Source: the human T2T-CHM13v2.0 reference genome, Homo sapiens. Taken from it: 64,000 nucleotides of DNA. Positions within the stretch are counted from its first letter, which is position 1, and every line of letters begins with the position of its first letter. Position numbers and translations under genes: made by a program. Shown in pieces: positions 33,901 through 46,756 of this stretch. Location of the stretch: assembly GCF_009914755.1 (NCBI RefSeq), contig NC_060947.1; one strand, given 5' to 3'. Under the pieces are notes generated by a model. It was not told where the DNA came from and searched no databases. It saw only the letters and a list, made by a program, of their open reading frames with translations.

Positions 33901-35024
33901 CCTTTCTATCTCTCTTTTTTGTGTTGTTTGCATTATATATCTTTTTCCATTCTTTTACTTTCAAACTTTTTGTGTCTTTGAATCTAATGTGTGTCTCTTA
34001 TGGATATCATATATTTGGATCATGTATTTTTATCCATTCTGATAATACTTTCCTTCTAAATGTAGTGTTTAATCCATTTATATCTAATGTAAATACTGAT
34101 AGATTTTATGTTGTCGTTTTGCTAATTATTTTCTTTATCTTATGTCATATTTATTCCTCTATTTTCCTGTAGTACATTCGTGTTACATAGACATTTACTA
34201 GTGTGCCATTTTGATTACCTTACCCTTTGTTTTACTATATTTATTGAGTTATGTAGTTAGTGGTTCCCTTGGGGATTATAGATAACACATTAATTGCACA
34301 ACTTGTAACAACCAATTACGTTCTTATACGGATTAATGCCAGATTCATACAAAAACCTAGCTCCGTACCCTTCCTTCTCCTTGTCCTGTTAGTGTCATAT
34401 AAATTACATTTTTAAACATTGTAATCCCATCAACCCAGTTTTATAATTAGTGCCTTATGCAGTTGTATCTTCAATTATATAAGAGAAAAAGGTTCACAAA
34501 TAAAAATATGTTTATACTGCCCTTTATATTTACTTATTACTTACCTTTATTAGTGTTCCTTATTTCTTTATGTGGATTCCAATTACTATATACTGGCCAT
34601 TAATTTCAGCCAAAATGACTCCCTTTGGCACTTATGGAAAAGCAAGTCTGCTAGTGATGAACTATCTCAGTTTTTGTTGATCTTTGAAAGTTTTAATTTC
34701 TCTCTCCTTTTTGAGAAACAGTTGTGCCAGATATATTCTTAATTGACAGTTTTTTTTCAGAACTTTATATCATCTCACTACATTCTTAGCTTCTGTACTA
34801 TCTGATGAGAAATCAGCTGCTACTCTTATCGAGGTTCTTTTGGTGAGACATAATGCTGATACTTTTAGTTAGTTTTCTGGACATGTTTTCCTTTATTTTT
34901 TAAAACGTCTATAAAATGTCTAGTTTAAAGATTTCATCTTAAAGTCCTTAATGTAAGCTTTCTTGGGGTATAGTGTTTATTGACAGCTTTCACATCCTCT
35001 CCTATTTATTGGTCACGTTTTCTA
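33901..35024 (-). mobile_element. Old L1M fragment
   Basis: ATCCATTCTGATAAT, TCTGCTAGTGATGAACTATCTCAG and TCTGATGAGAAATCAGCTG. Confidence 0.65.
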
Positions 35025-35164
35025 TTTTTTTTTTCAGTTTATAATAGGGATATATTTATTATTCTCATGGATGTGTTGAGCGAACTAATTACAAAGAGTT
35101 ACAAATTCTATACCGAGGAATCAGGAAATTACTAATGAAATTAATCGATGTCAAAAGTGTATAC

Positions 35165-35473
35165 TTTTTTTTAAATTTTATTTTATTATTATTATACTTT
35201 CAGTTTTAGGGTACATGTGCACAATGTGCAGGTTAGTTACATATGTACACATGTGCCATGCTGGTGTGCTGCACCCATTAACTCGTCATTTAGCATTAGG
35301 TATATCTCCTAATGCTATCCCTCCCCCCTTCCCCCACCCCACAACAGTCCCCAGAGTGTGATGGTCCCCTTCCTGTGTCCATGTGTTCTCATTGTTCAAT
35401 TCCCACCTATGAGTGAGAACATGCGGTGTTTGGTTTTTTGTCCTTGCGACAGTTTACTGAGAATGATGATTTC
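35165..35473 (-). mobile_element. Young L1 3' stub (L1PA3/4-like), probably with a 3' transduction reaching 35025
   Basis: Diagnostics GTGTGCTGCACCCATTAAC, ATTTAGC, CTCCTAATGC and GAGAACATGCGG. Confidence 0.93.
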
Positions 35474-35798
35474 TTTATGTGTCTCTTTTTATTTTTATGA
35501 GGAGACCATGAGGGAAAACCACAGTAATAACTTAATTTACTGAAGGAATAAAATATAGACTTTTAATTTGTGTTTGATAAACACAAAGGATTATTCAATA
35601 AATTAGTTGTTTCAACAGTATTTGTAGGCTGCTGTGTGCCATGGGTAACTATACAAACCGGAGATGGAGACAAAACAAATCGCTGTCTTCAAATAACTTA
35701 CATTCTAGTGGTGAGACACAACCAAGTAACTAGGTAAATTTATATCGCAAGCCAGGTGACGTAACTACTAGAGAGAAAAAAGAAGCAGGGTAAGGAGA

Positions 35799-36575
35799 TT
35801 AGGGAATGCTTGGGATTGGGGGAGGTTAGGGAACGCTTGGGATTGGGGGAGGTTAGGGAACGCTTGGGATTGGGGGAGGTTAGGGAACGCTTGGGATTGG
35901 GGGAGGTTAGGGAACGCTTGGGATTGGGGGAGGTTAGGGAACGCTTGGGATTGGGGGAGGTTAGGGAACGCTTGGGATTGGGGGAGGTTAGGGAACGCTT
36001 GGGATTGGGGGAGGTTAGGGAACGCTTGGGATTGGGGGAGGTTAGGGAACGCTTGGGATTGGGGGAGGCTAGGGAACGCTTGGGATTGGGGGAGGCTAGG
36101 GAACGCTTGGGATTGGGGGAGGTTAGGGAACGCTTGGGATTGGGGGAGGTTAGGGAACGCTTGGGATTGGGGGAGGTTAGGGAACGCTTGGGATTGGGGG
36201 AGGTTAGGGAACGCTTGGGATTGGGGGAGGTTAGGGAACGCTTGGGATTGGGGGAGGTTAGGGAATGCTTGGGCTTGGGGGAGGGTAGGGAATGCTTGGG
36301 ATTGGGGGAGGTTAGGGAATGCTTGGGATTGGGGGAGGGTAGGGAATGCTTGGGATTGGGGGAGGGTAGGGAATGCTTGGGATTGGGGGAGGGTAGGGAA
36401 TGCTTGGGATTGGGGGAGGGTAGGGAATGCTTGGGATTGGGGGAGGGTAGGGAATGCTTGGGATTGGGGGAGGTTAGGGAATGCTTGGGATTGGGGGAGG
36501 GTAGGGAATGCTTGGGATTGGGGGAGGGTAGGGAATGCTTGGGATTGGGGGAGGTTAGGGAATGCTTGGGATTGG
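35799..36575 (+). repeat. 27-bp G-rich minisatellite, ~29 copies of TAGGGAA(C/T)GCTTGGGATTGGGGGAGG(T/G/C)
   Basis: Directly visible. The ORF track shows 28 nine-residue units. Confidence 0.99.
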
Positions 36576-36703
36576 TTTATTTTAAAATCACACCCAGAGC
36601 GTGCCTCACTGGTAAGGTGAAATTTGAGCAGTGTCCAAAAGGAAGTGAGGATGCATAAACCTAGGAAAAATCACTCCATTTAGCCAAAACAACAAGTGCA
36701 AGT

Positions 36704-37107
36704 TGATGTAGTTTGGACATTTGCTGTCTTCAAATCTTCTATTAAATGTGGACCCTCTGTGTTGGAGGTAGGGCCTGGTAGAATGTGTTTCATTTATGGG
36801 GTTGATCCCTCGTGAATGTCTTGTCATTCTTGCAGCACTGAATGAGTTCTGACTTTTAGTTCCCATGAGATCTAGTTGTTAAAAAATAGCCTGGGACTTC
36901 CCTCCTCTCTCTCTCACCATATGACATACTTGCTCCCCCTTCACCTTCCTCTATGATTGGGAGCTTCCTGAGGTCCTTACCAGCAGCAGATGCCGGTGCA
37001 ATGCTTCTTTTACAGCTTGCAGAATGGTGAGCCAAATAAATCTCTTTTTAAAACAAATTACCCAGACTCAGGTATTTATGTGTAGCAATGCAATATGGAC
37101 TAATGTG
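36704..37107 (+). mobile_element. MSTB-like MaLR solo LTR
   Basis: TGATGTAGTTTGG start, GTTGGAGGTAGGGCCTGG and GTGAGCCAAATAAATCTC. Confidence 0.82.
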
Positions 37108-37481
37108 AAAAGGTTCTGTGTTGAGAGCATTCTGGGAAAATTAGAGGAACAAGAAAGGGACTGATGGGCCAGGAATAAACTGAGCAAAAGGAAATCTTGC
37201 TAAGGAAATCTTAGCAAGGGATACCAAAGAAATACCAAGTATACACAATTCTTTTTCAAAAGAGTTTTTCACAAAAGGGAGCAGAGAAGTGGTTCAGTAG
37301 CTGGTATGAAAGTGAGGTCAAAAGAGAGTTTATTTTTAAGTTATTACAGTATAAATATCTGAAATATTGTATGCTTGTGGGAATACTTGATTGGAGAGGA
37401 AAAATTAACGATGTAGAAGAACAAAAAAATTGTAGCAAGTGAGGCTCATGATTAAGTAAGTGAAGATAGGGTATAGCATAC

Positions 37482-37982
37482 TGCCAGGTCTGAGCAGCAG
37501 CAGGCCCTGGCCAAGTGATGGATGAAAAACTGTACGCTGACACAGGTTTTTTGCCTGGCCGAGTGGCTAGGGGACCAGGCTGCCCACAGACACCGAGGAG
37601 GGTGCTGTAAAGAGTCCCAGCAACTGCAGCCCCAACAAGCTGCTGCAGGCATTTATTTAGTACAGATTTAATGACAAAGGCTTTAAGTCAACACACTTGT
37701 GGGTTATTAACATGGTTCCACTTCCCCTGCCTCCCCAAGAGAGAGCAGTCCTGTGAGTGGATGATTAAAGGCCAGGGCCAGGTTCCAAGGCCTAAGTAAC
37801 TTATCTAGGTCAATTCCTTTACACTTCTTTGTTATCCACCTTTTTCTCTGAAGCTCCAGATAAGATAATTTGGCTGCTTTTAGCCAAATTATCTTTCGAA
37901 GCTTTTGCAAAACCTCCCAGCCTTCCAAGAAGGTTTGCATTTTTCCTATAATTTCTCCCACCACCCTGACTGATCTCCTACA
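37482..37982 (-). mobile_element. Solo LTR of the LTR22 family (HERV-K HML-5)
   Basis: Minus strand starts TGTAGGAGATCAGTCAGGGTGGTGGGAGAAATTATAGG, has AATAAA (plus TTTATT at 37652) and ends ...CCTGGCA. Possible degenerate TSD GCATAC/GTGTTC. Confidence 0.85.
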
Positions 37983-38479
37983 GTGTTCAAGGTGAGAAAG
38001 TATTACATAAGCAAAGACATTTAGAGGTATCAAATATCTTTAAGAGTGGATATGGAAAAGGTCACATATATTTATTAATTTTTAAATTCTCCTGGTTGCC
38101 AGGCATTGGAGCATGTAGACTGTGTCCTGAAAGATGAATAGGAATTTGTCATATGGAGAAACCTTGGAAAGTGTGTCCCAAGCAAAATGGACACCATGTA
38201 GAAAGACATAGAGACATGAATAAGCCTTGTGTTCTGGAGGAACTACAATCTTTGAAATATTTAAAGCAAATGCTATGAATGAGAAAATACAGGAGATATG
38301 ACTATAAGAGTAGGCCATGTCACTAATAAAAGGATTTGGACACAGGAATTTTAAAAAGTACATTCTACTTGTCTTGCAGCAAAATTATGTATTAATATAT
38401 GTTTCTATTTACAATCTTATGTTCTTGAACTCATCATATTTTTCCTTTATCTATCATTGCATGATTTTCATAGCATACC

Positions 38480-38705
38480 ATTTAAGAGTATAAGTCTTAA
38501 GATGCTGTAAATACAAGTTTCAGTCTAAGTTCTATTAATACCAGTGAGAGCTGTGAGTGTCTAATTCCTCATCTGTAAAATGAGAAAAGTTATCATTTCA
38601 GGACAAGCTACATCATAGACTTATGTGGAGTCAATGAAATTATGCAGATAAAGTCTTAGGCATCACCTGGCCCATCTAGGAAGTAATAAATGAAAAGTTC
38701 TTACT
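38480..38705 (+). mobile_element. MIR
   Basis: TTCCTCATCTGTAAAATG core and 3' tail. Confidence 0.7.
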
Positions 38706-39516
38706 ATTTCTATATTTGTATTTCAGTAGCAGTAAACACATCAGTTTCATACTTAGCTTCGACACAGGCTCTTCAATGCATTCATTTCACTGGGAATCAC
38801 TATTTTGTTGATTACAAAAGAAGTTATTACCACCTAAAGACCAGTAAAGCCAAGTTGCCATTCTGTAATACGCAAAATGAATGGGACTTAATGTCTTCTG
38901 TTATTCATTTAGTTCTCAGTTTGTTCATGAGTCATGGACTCACGGAGTGTAGTGTTTCTTACTGGAGTTGTAACTAGATTAATAAAATTGACATTTCAAG
39001 AAACCTGAAGAAGAAAAAAGCTTTATTTTTACAAAAAAAAATCATTGTGTTGGTAATATTTCTAATAACTTTCTAGATGCACAATTTTCAGCAAGTTTGA
39101 TAGCATCAATTGTATTTATCCCCAATACAAGCAGCAGTGATATATGCTATGCTACTAAGAGCTGCCAATGTTGTGAAACTAAACACAGAAGCTAGGATTA
39201 GTATTTTGACAATTCTTGTATCAAAGTTCAACGATGATTAACCTATTAACCTAGGATGTAACTTTTACTTTGGTATTCCAACATAATAATAAATGACTGA
39301 GACATAGTCAATTTGAAATTATCAATAAAAAATGCTTTCATTTTTACATATTAGTTCTTACCTTCGCCTTTTAACCATATTATATTTACTCATGCGACTT
39401 TGAATCTTTGGGTTATGATTGTCTTATAATATTTGTCTCCTCAGTTTGCATTGAGGAAAACAAAAGTGTTGTCTAACATTGTAATATGGCTAGTTTTTCA
39501 CCAAAAGTGATCTGAA

Positions 39517-39876
<360 letters not shown>

Positions 39877-40517
39877 TTATTTAAATCAATATCATAATAT
39901 TGCACACATTTCAAATGCCTGCTCTGCTCAGAAGGAGAATATTATCTTTGGAGGTACTTCTGAATAAAATATCAATTTTGTATTGTTAATTTTAATTTTA
40001 TTCACGGTATGAAGCATTGTATACAATGTTAAGGACAGTGCTTAACATATGAGTAAAATATTTATTGACTCTAATGCTCAACATGAGATGCTGTATTCAT
40101 TTATAATGCTTTGGTGATCATGTGCTGTCTTTTTAATAAATTATTTCACAATCTTGATAACTGGTGTCAAGATTACTAAGCTAAATTTGGTAAAAAATCA
40201 CATTCTTCAACTGGAAAATTAGAATATCATGTCTATCTCTAACCTTCCAAAATCTCTCTTGTTTTTCTTGATTACTCAAATATCACTGTCAATTGTTAAG
40301 CAAACACTTGCATATGTTCTTTCAATCCCTTGAGACATGATTTAGTTTGGCTAGCAGATACATTTAGAACAGCGCTTGTACCATCTTATAATCTTTTTAC
40401 TCATTCCTTTCTTTAATTGGTTTTCACTACAAGCAACACTATCTTGATAGAGAATACAACATTAAAATAAATTACTGAGTGTAGAAGCAGTAGGATTGAA
40501 CTACTTCTGCTCTATTA

Positions 40518-41284
<767 letters not shown>

Positions 41285-41301
41285 TTGGTAAACCATGAAT
41301 T

Positions 41302-41740
41302 TGTAGTGACATAGTAGAAAAAATGCTAGCTGTACCTAAATGCCTATTCTTGCTTCCTTTTTTTGTAATAGCTAGGCATGTAGTTGCCCAGAATAATTAC
41401 TACATATCTCAGACGAATTTGCAATTAGGTGTGGACATGGCATGAAGCTCTTGCCTGCAGGATGTAAGTAGAAATGTCATAAGCAACTTTCTAGACATGT
41501 CAGTAAATGAACAAGGCACACCATTATTTGCCCCGCCTTCTTCCTGCTAATTGAAATGTGGACATGTTGGCTGGAGCTTAAGTGACTATCTTGAATAATA
41601 AGATTGAATTCATGGTTTTAGATTGACTTTGTGACTATTTACCTTCAGACTCATTTACGTGGAACAAAGATAAACTTGTTTATTCTATATTGTTGTTGTC
41701 ATTTGGGTCACTTGAAGTTGAACATAAGGCAAACTAAACC
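41302..41740 (+). mobile_element. Old ERVL-class LTR (LTR16/LTR33-like)
   Basis: ACTACATATCTCAG...TTGCAATTAGGTGTGGACATG and TGGCTGGAGCT motifs. Confidence 0.55.
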
Positions 41741-42459
41741 ATTCATTGTAGTGCGTCATATTTTTATTGTAAAACTCAGTATCATGAATTATGAAAGAGA
41801 GGGTAGATAGTTGGTTTGATCCAAGGTTTAGTATGTGTAAAGTAAGCATGGAGGAAGTATAACAGTAAAACTGGAAAAAGAACTTAAGAGGATATTTTTT
41901 TCTGTATGGATATGCTATCGCAAGTCAGAAAAGTTGTCTTACATTGTTCATTGTGCTTTCATGCAATTTTATTCAGTGCTCTTTGCTTCTCACTTCATCC
42001 ATTCCTATTTTATATTGATATTATCTGATACTTTTCTTACCATTTTAGCTGCTTCTTTCTATTTGTATATAGGGATGAATAGGACCACTTTTCATACTAT
42101 AGGCATCTCCTATGGAATGTCTTCCTGTTAAAGTTCTTCCATATAACACTGCATGACTTTTAATATCCAGACTTCATGGTATATATTTATTTCTCAATAA
42201 AACATTTCATGTTTTTTTGTGTGTGCTGTTTTTATAGGGATTTTTTATATTTACATTAAATGCAATATAATATTTTAAATGGAACTTTTAGGTTACACTC
42301 CAGATACAAATCTGTGGAATGTCAGAGCCACATATAGATATCTTAAAAACTATACTGTGTCAACAGAGGGTATCCAAGCCACAAAAGTAGATTGTGCAAA
42401 GAGAAGCCATGTTACTGCATACACTGCAACTTTGCAAAACCATTTTAGTATTTCAAAAT

Positions 42460-42645
42460 AGTTAACAGAGTAAATTTCAAAGTATCACCACACAAAAAAA
42501 AATTGTTAAGTAAGCAAGGTGATGGACAGGTTAATTGGCTTGATTTAATTATCCACATGGTATACATATATCAAAGCATAACATTGTATTTTATAAATGC
42601 AATAAAATTATGATTTTTCTGTTAAAATAATAGCAATAATAAAAA
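42460..42645 (+). mobile_element. L1MA-like extreme 3' end
   Basis: GGTGATGGACAGGTTAATTGGCTTGATTT and TATACATATATCAAAGCATAACATTGTA. Confidence 0.7.
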
Positions 42646-44744
42646 CATTTTAGTTATTTGATAATCAGAAATGTTTTAACCATTTTACATGCTACACGAT
42701 AGCTCTTATTTATATATGTGCTCAGAAAGTTGATTATGAGTTTGGGTTTGATATTAAATGCATTATATTTTTCCCACTTAAAATAATGAAAAATTAACCC
42801 CCGGTGAGTGTTTTCAGGTAGAATGATTTTCAATAATGGATTACTGGTAGAAAGTCAGGGATGTCTGTTCTTGGAGGCTTTTCGCAATCATAATGCTCCC
42901 TTGAACTATGATTTTATTTAGTATCATCAGTGTTAGGTCTCCTTATCTTTCCACCTATAAACTCACTAGATATTTCAATATTTTGTAATCTTAATTTTAC
43001 TGCTTCTACCCTAGCATTACTTCACCTGAAATTATCCTTTGTTTATATAATGTCCACAAAACTAGTTGAAACATGGCAAATTCGTTCAAGCTGTGGTGTG
43101 TTGGTGATTATCTGACAAATAGCTGGTTGACTTTACTTACTTTTCAAGGAAATGAGTATGTAAAAAAACAAACAAACAAATAAACCTAAAGTATTGGCAG
43201 TGCTACCAGTAGAGACCATCTCTACCATAGTTTGAGGTGCTGTGTTGTTCAACAATAACATAATTTTGTGGCCAAGACCGAAGAGAAGAACTGCTGCTAA
43301 TATATCTGTCTGAGCATAGGAAATGCAACAGTATTTCTATACAGAACTCTTGTTTGTCTGAATTACTTAAGACACCTCTAAAAATGGACTGCAAATCTCA
43401 ACTCCAAATGAAAAATAAAACCAGAAAAAATTTTTCTATTCAATTCTCATTTCTGTTTGTGCTGAATAACTGGTATGTATATAATAAACTATAATAAATT
43501 TCCTAGGGAGAAAATGGTCCTTAAAGTCCTATTTTTTTAGCTCACAAAATGTCCTTTACTTTCTCTCAGTTCCTTCACACTAGAATCAAATGCAAAATAA
43601 AAATCCTGATGTCTTCAGTGATTTTGAAGGCAAATAGAATGTTCATTCCTAAAAATAATTCACATAAATGCCAAAGCATAAAATCAGTCCTGAACATAGT
43701 ATTTAAAGATGGCCCTATCCCACTTTTGTAAATATGAGAAAGAAGTTATCAATTTTGCTGTGGAGACTTCTTGAATAACTAGTTGGGTTGTATAACTGCT
43801 TGAAGATTGTTCCCTCAAAGAAAAAAAGGTGATATCTAGATTCAGGCTCAGTGTGCAGGCCAGTCTGAAACACAAATTAAATCATTAGAGAAATTCTTAT
43901 CTGAGAGTCAGAGAATAATCTTCAAACTCCCACATGGAGAGCAAAGTGGACTTAATGGAAATTTCACTAGCATTTTTATTTTCCTAGGTGAAATTAACAA
44001 TCATAATCCTGTCTTTAAAGTTACTATTATTTGAATATGAGACAACAGCAATTCTTTTTAATAATTATGACATTTAAAATAGACATAAAGATTAACATGT
44101 ATTAATTTTATTTCTTTATTTCTATTTTCTTACCTTTGAGAATACAGTACTCTCCAAGGTAATCCTTAGCAGAAGACTGGGGCATTGTTGAAAATGTTAT
44201 TATAAAAGAGATCATTATTGCTAGGCTGGTATTGTAAATTATCTATGGACTATCACATTTTACCTCAATCAGGGTTTTTCCTAAGACACTTTCTTTTACA
44301 TTTTCTTAGGTTTTGAAAATGGTAGGCCAAATCACTGAAAATATGGTATTGTTAGACACCCTGAGAGAAAACCAACGTCATGAAACCACTACCCATGCGT
44401 TTGAAATAACATTTTTTATAGTTATGCCTATTATAATTGCAGTATTTGGCAACTGATTAGTCCCTTTGACAGCCTAAAGAATAAGTCTAAAAAGGCCATG
44501 CAAATTTGTGATCAGTAAGTCAGTGATATTTATTCAAAATTATCCCATATTGTTTTATTTCAACTGGGAATTTTGGTATTACTTGCTGTTGACTTAGCAT
44601 GTAAGGTTAGAGCAGAAGTTCAGAAAGTCAAGATGCCTAGATGACTCCTAGAATACCTCAGGCTGCCAATGATGGCAGAGTATCCACCAGAGCTTCTTTG
44701 GCTGTACACACCTTCTCCACTTTTAACAAATACACTGATTTTGG

Positions 44745-46750
44745 TCTGAAGTCTATTTTGAATTAGTTTTTATACACGGTGTGAAGTAGGATTTGAGGTT
44801 CATGTTTTTCTCTTTCTCTAGAGAGATACCCATTTATTGAAAAAGCTACCTTTTCTCCCTTGAATTACCTTGGAACCTTTATTAAAACGCTTGTATCTAT
44901 ATACAGCTTGGTCTTGTTCAAAAATCCCTATTCTATTTTATTGATTAATTTATTTCTCTCTGCACCATTACCTCATTGTCTCATTTATTGTAATTTCATA
45001 GTAAGTCTTGAGATGGTATAAGTCCCCCAACTTTGGTCTTTTTCAAAAATATTTGGTTAATTTAGATACATTTTATTCTTACATAGATTTTTGGATCAAC
45101 TTGTCAATTTCTAAAATAACCACTGCTGTGGTTTCTTTGCAGGGAGAGTTTGTGTAAATCTATACATCAATTTGAAACCAATTGACCTCTTATCATTTTG
45201 AGTTTTCCAATATATGAGCACATTGTACATTTCCATTTGTTTAAGTCTTCTATAATTTCTCTGAGTGATGTTTCGTAGTTTTCATTGTAGAGGGTTGGCA
45301 TCTCTTTTATTAAATTTATCATAAATATCTTATATTTTTATATTATTGAATAGTAGGTTTTCAAACTTTTATTTTCTATTGTGCCTTGATATTATAGAGA
45401 AGTGATGTTGCTTTTTGTACATTGACATTTCATATTGACAGATTACTAAATTCACTTATTCTAGTATCTATTGATGTAAATAATCAAGTTGTATTCAAAT
45501 AATGTTTGTTTATTTCTTTGTAATTATGAGTAGCTTCTTTATTTTCCTTGCCTTACTACCCTGGCAATACCTCTAGTACAATGTTAAAGAGAAGTAATAA
45601 AAAAGATATTTTTGCCCTGGTACCGATCTGATCTCAGGAAAAAATTCATTCAATGTATATTACCACTTAATGTATTAGCTGTGGATTTTTGTGGGTAAAG
45701 GGATTGGTTAACTTTTTCTTTAAAACAACATATAATAAATATTTTAGTCTCTATCGGCTATATGAGTAGTGTGAAAGCAAACATAGATGATATGTATAAA
45801 AATGGGTATAATTGTGTTCCAATAAAACCATTACGTTTTTACAAAAACAACTTGAGAATTGAATTTGTCTAATGGTCCAACTTCTGTTCCATATTTATTA
45901 GAGGGAGTTCTATTCTTATTCATTATAGTCTTATTAAACTTTTAATATCTATAGAGCCTCTTTTATTCCTGACATTGATAGTTTAATTTTATTCTCTTTA
46001 TTTTTAGTAGTTTTACTAGGGTTTAAAAAATAGCATTCATATTTTTAGAGAACCAATGCATGTCATAGTAATTTTTTCCTACTGTTGATCAATTTTATGT
46101 TTTTGGTTTTTGATTGTGTCTTTATTGTTTTCTTCATTATACTTATTTTGGCTTTAATTATATCATTTTTAGCCTCTAAAAGTGAATACCTGGATCATTG
46201 ATTTTATAACTTTCTTTTCTTCTTTGTGGAGGCTAAAGCAACTCCATTTTGGATGCTAATCCACTACATTGGTTCCTGATTAACTCCTATTTCAAGAAGG
46301 CCTCTAAGATTTCCAGTGTTATCTATTGTTCCTTGTGTAAGAGCACTTACTTTCAGTAAATCCTGCCTTTAGGTCCAACAGCTTTGATGCTATCATACTT
46401 CAGTTGTCCTACATACACTTCTAAACCACTTCTCTCTGATGATACATAAAGCCTTGGTCTGGGGGAGAAATGGCGTAAGAATCCACCAACTTGTCTCACC
46501 ACCACCTGGGACACAGACCATGGTTTCTGTTCATAAGTCCCTATTAAATGTTTCTCTCTAATCAACTTGATTTGTCAGCCCTTTTCTTCAGTCTCTCAGC
46601 TTCCTCATACTTTGGGGTAGGTTTGCATAATCCTGTCCACTATGAAACATTCTGATATAGGTATGTTTAAAGCTACACATTTTCCTTTCAGTGACATTTT
46701 AGCTGTATCTTGTACCTTCAGCTGATATGTTATGTTGTAGCATATGGCTT
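44745..46750 (-). mobile_element. Old L1M ORF2 fragments, with a MER58-like insert at ~45700-45890 and an LTR insert
   Basis: CCATTTATTGAAAAAG, CAACTTGTCAATTTCTA and ACCTCTAGTACAATGTTAAA. Confidence 0.7.
46225..46649 (+). mobile_element. Solo LTR (LTR47-like)
   Basis: TGTGGAGGCTAAAGCAACTCCAT...GAAACA termini, ATTAAA signal and TSD TTCT(T/G). Confidence 0.7.
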
Positions 46751-46756
46751 GAAATA

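Larger units (their letters stand above)
35590..37480 (-). mobile_element. Fragmented L2 hosting the minisatellite and an MSTB LTR
   Basis: CAACAGTATTTGTAGGCTGCTGTGTGCCA, CTTACATTCTAGTGG and AAGGTGAAATTTGAGCAG. Confidence 0.55.

Noticed and set aside
35799-36575. CRISPR array or interstitial telomere
   Set aside because: The repeats are head-to-tail with no unique spacers, the context is eukaryotic, and TTAGGG occurs once per unit and not in tandem.
35810-36658. 282-aa ORF of LGLGEVRER repeats
   Set aside because: An artefact of a stop-free 27-bp unit (a multiple of 3). It starts at TTG and has no gene context.
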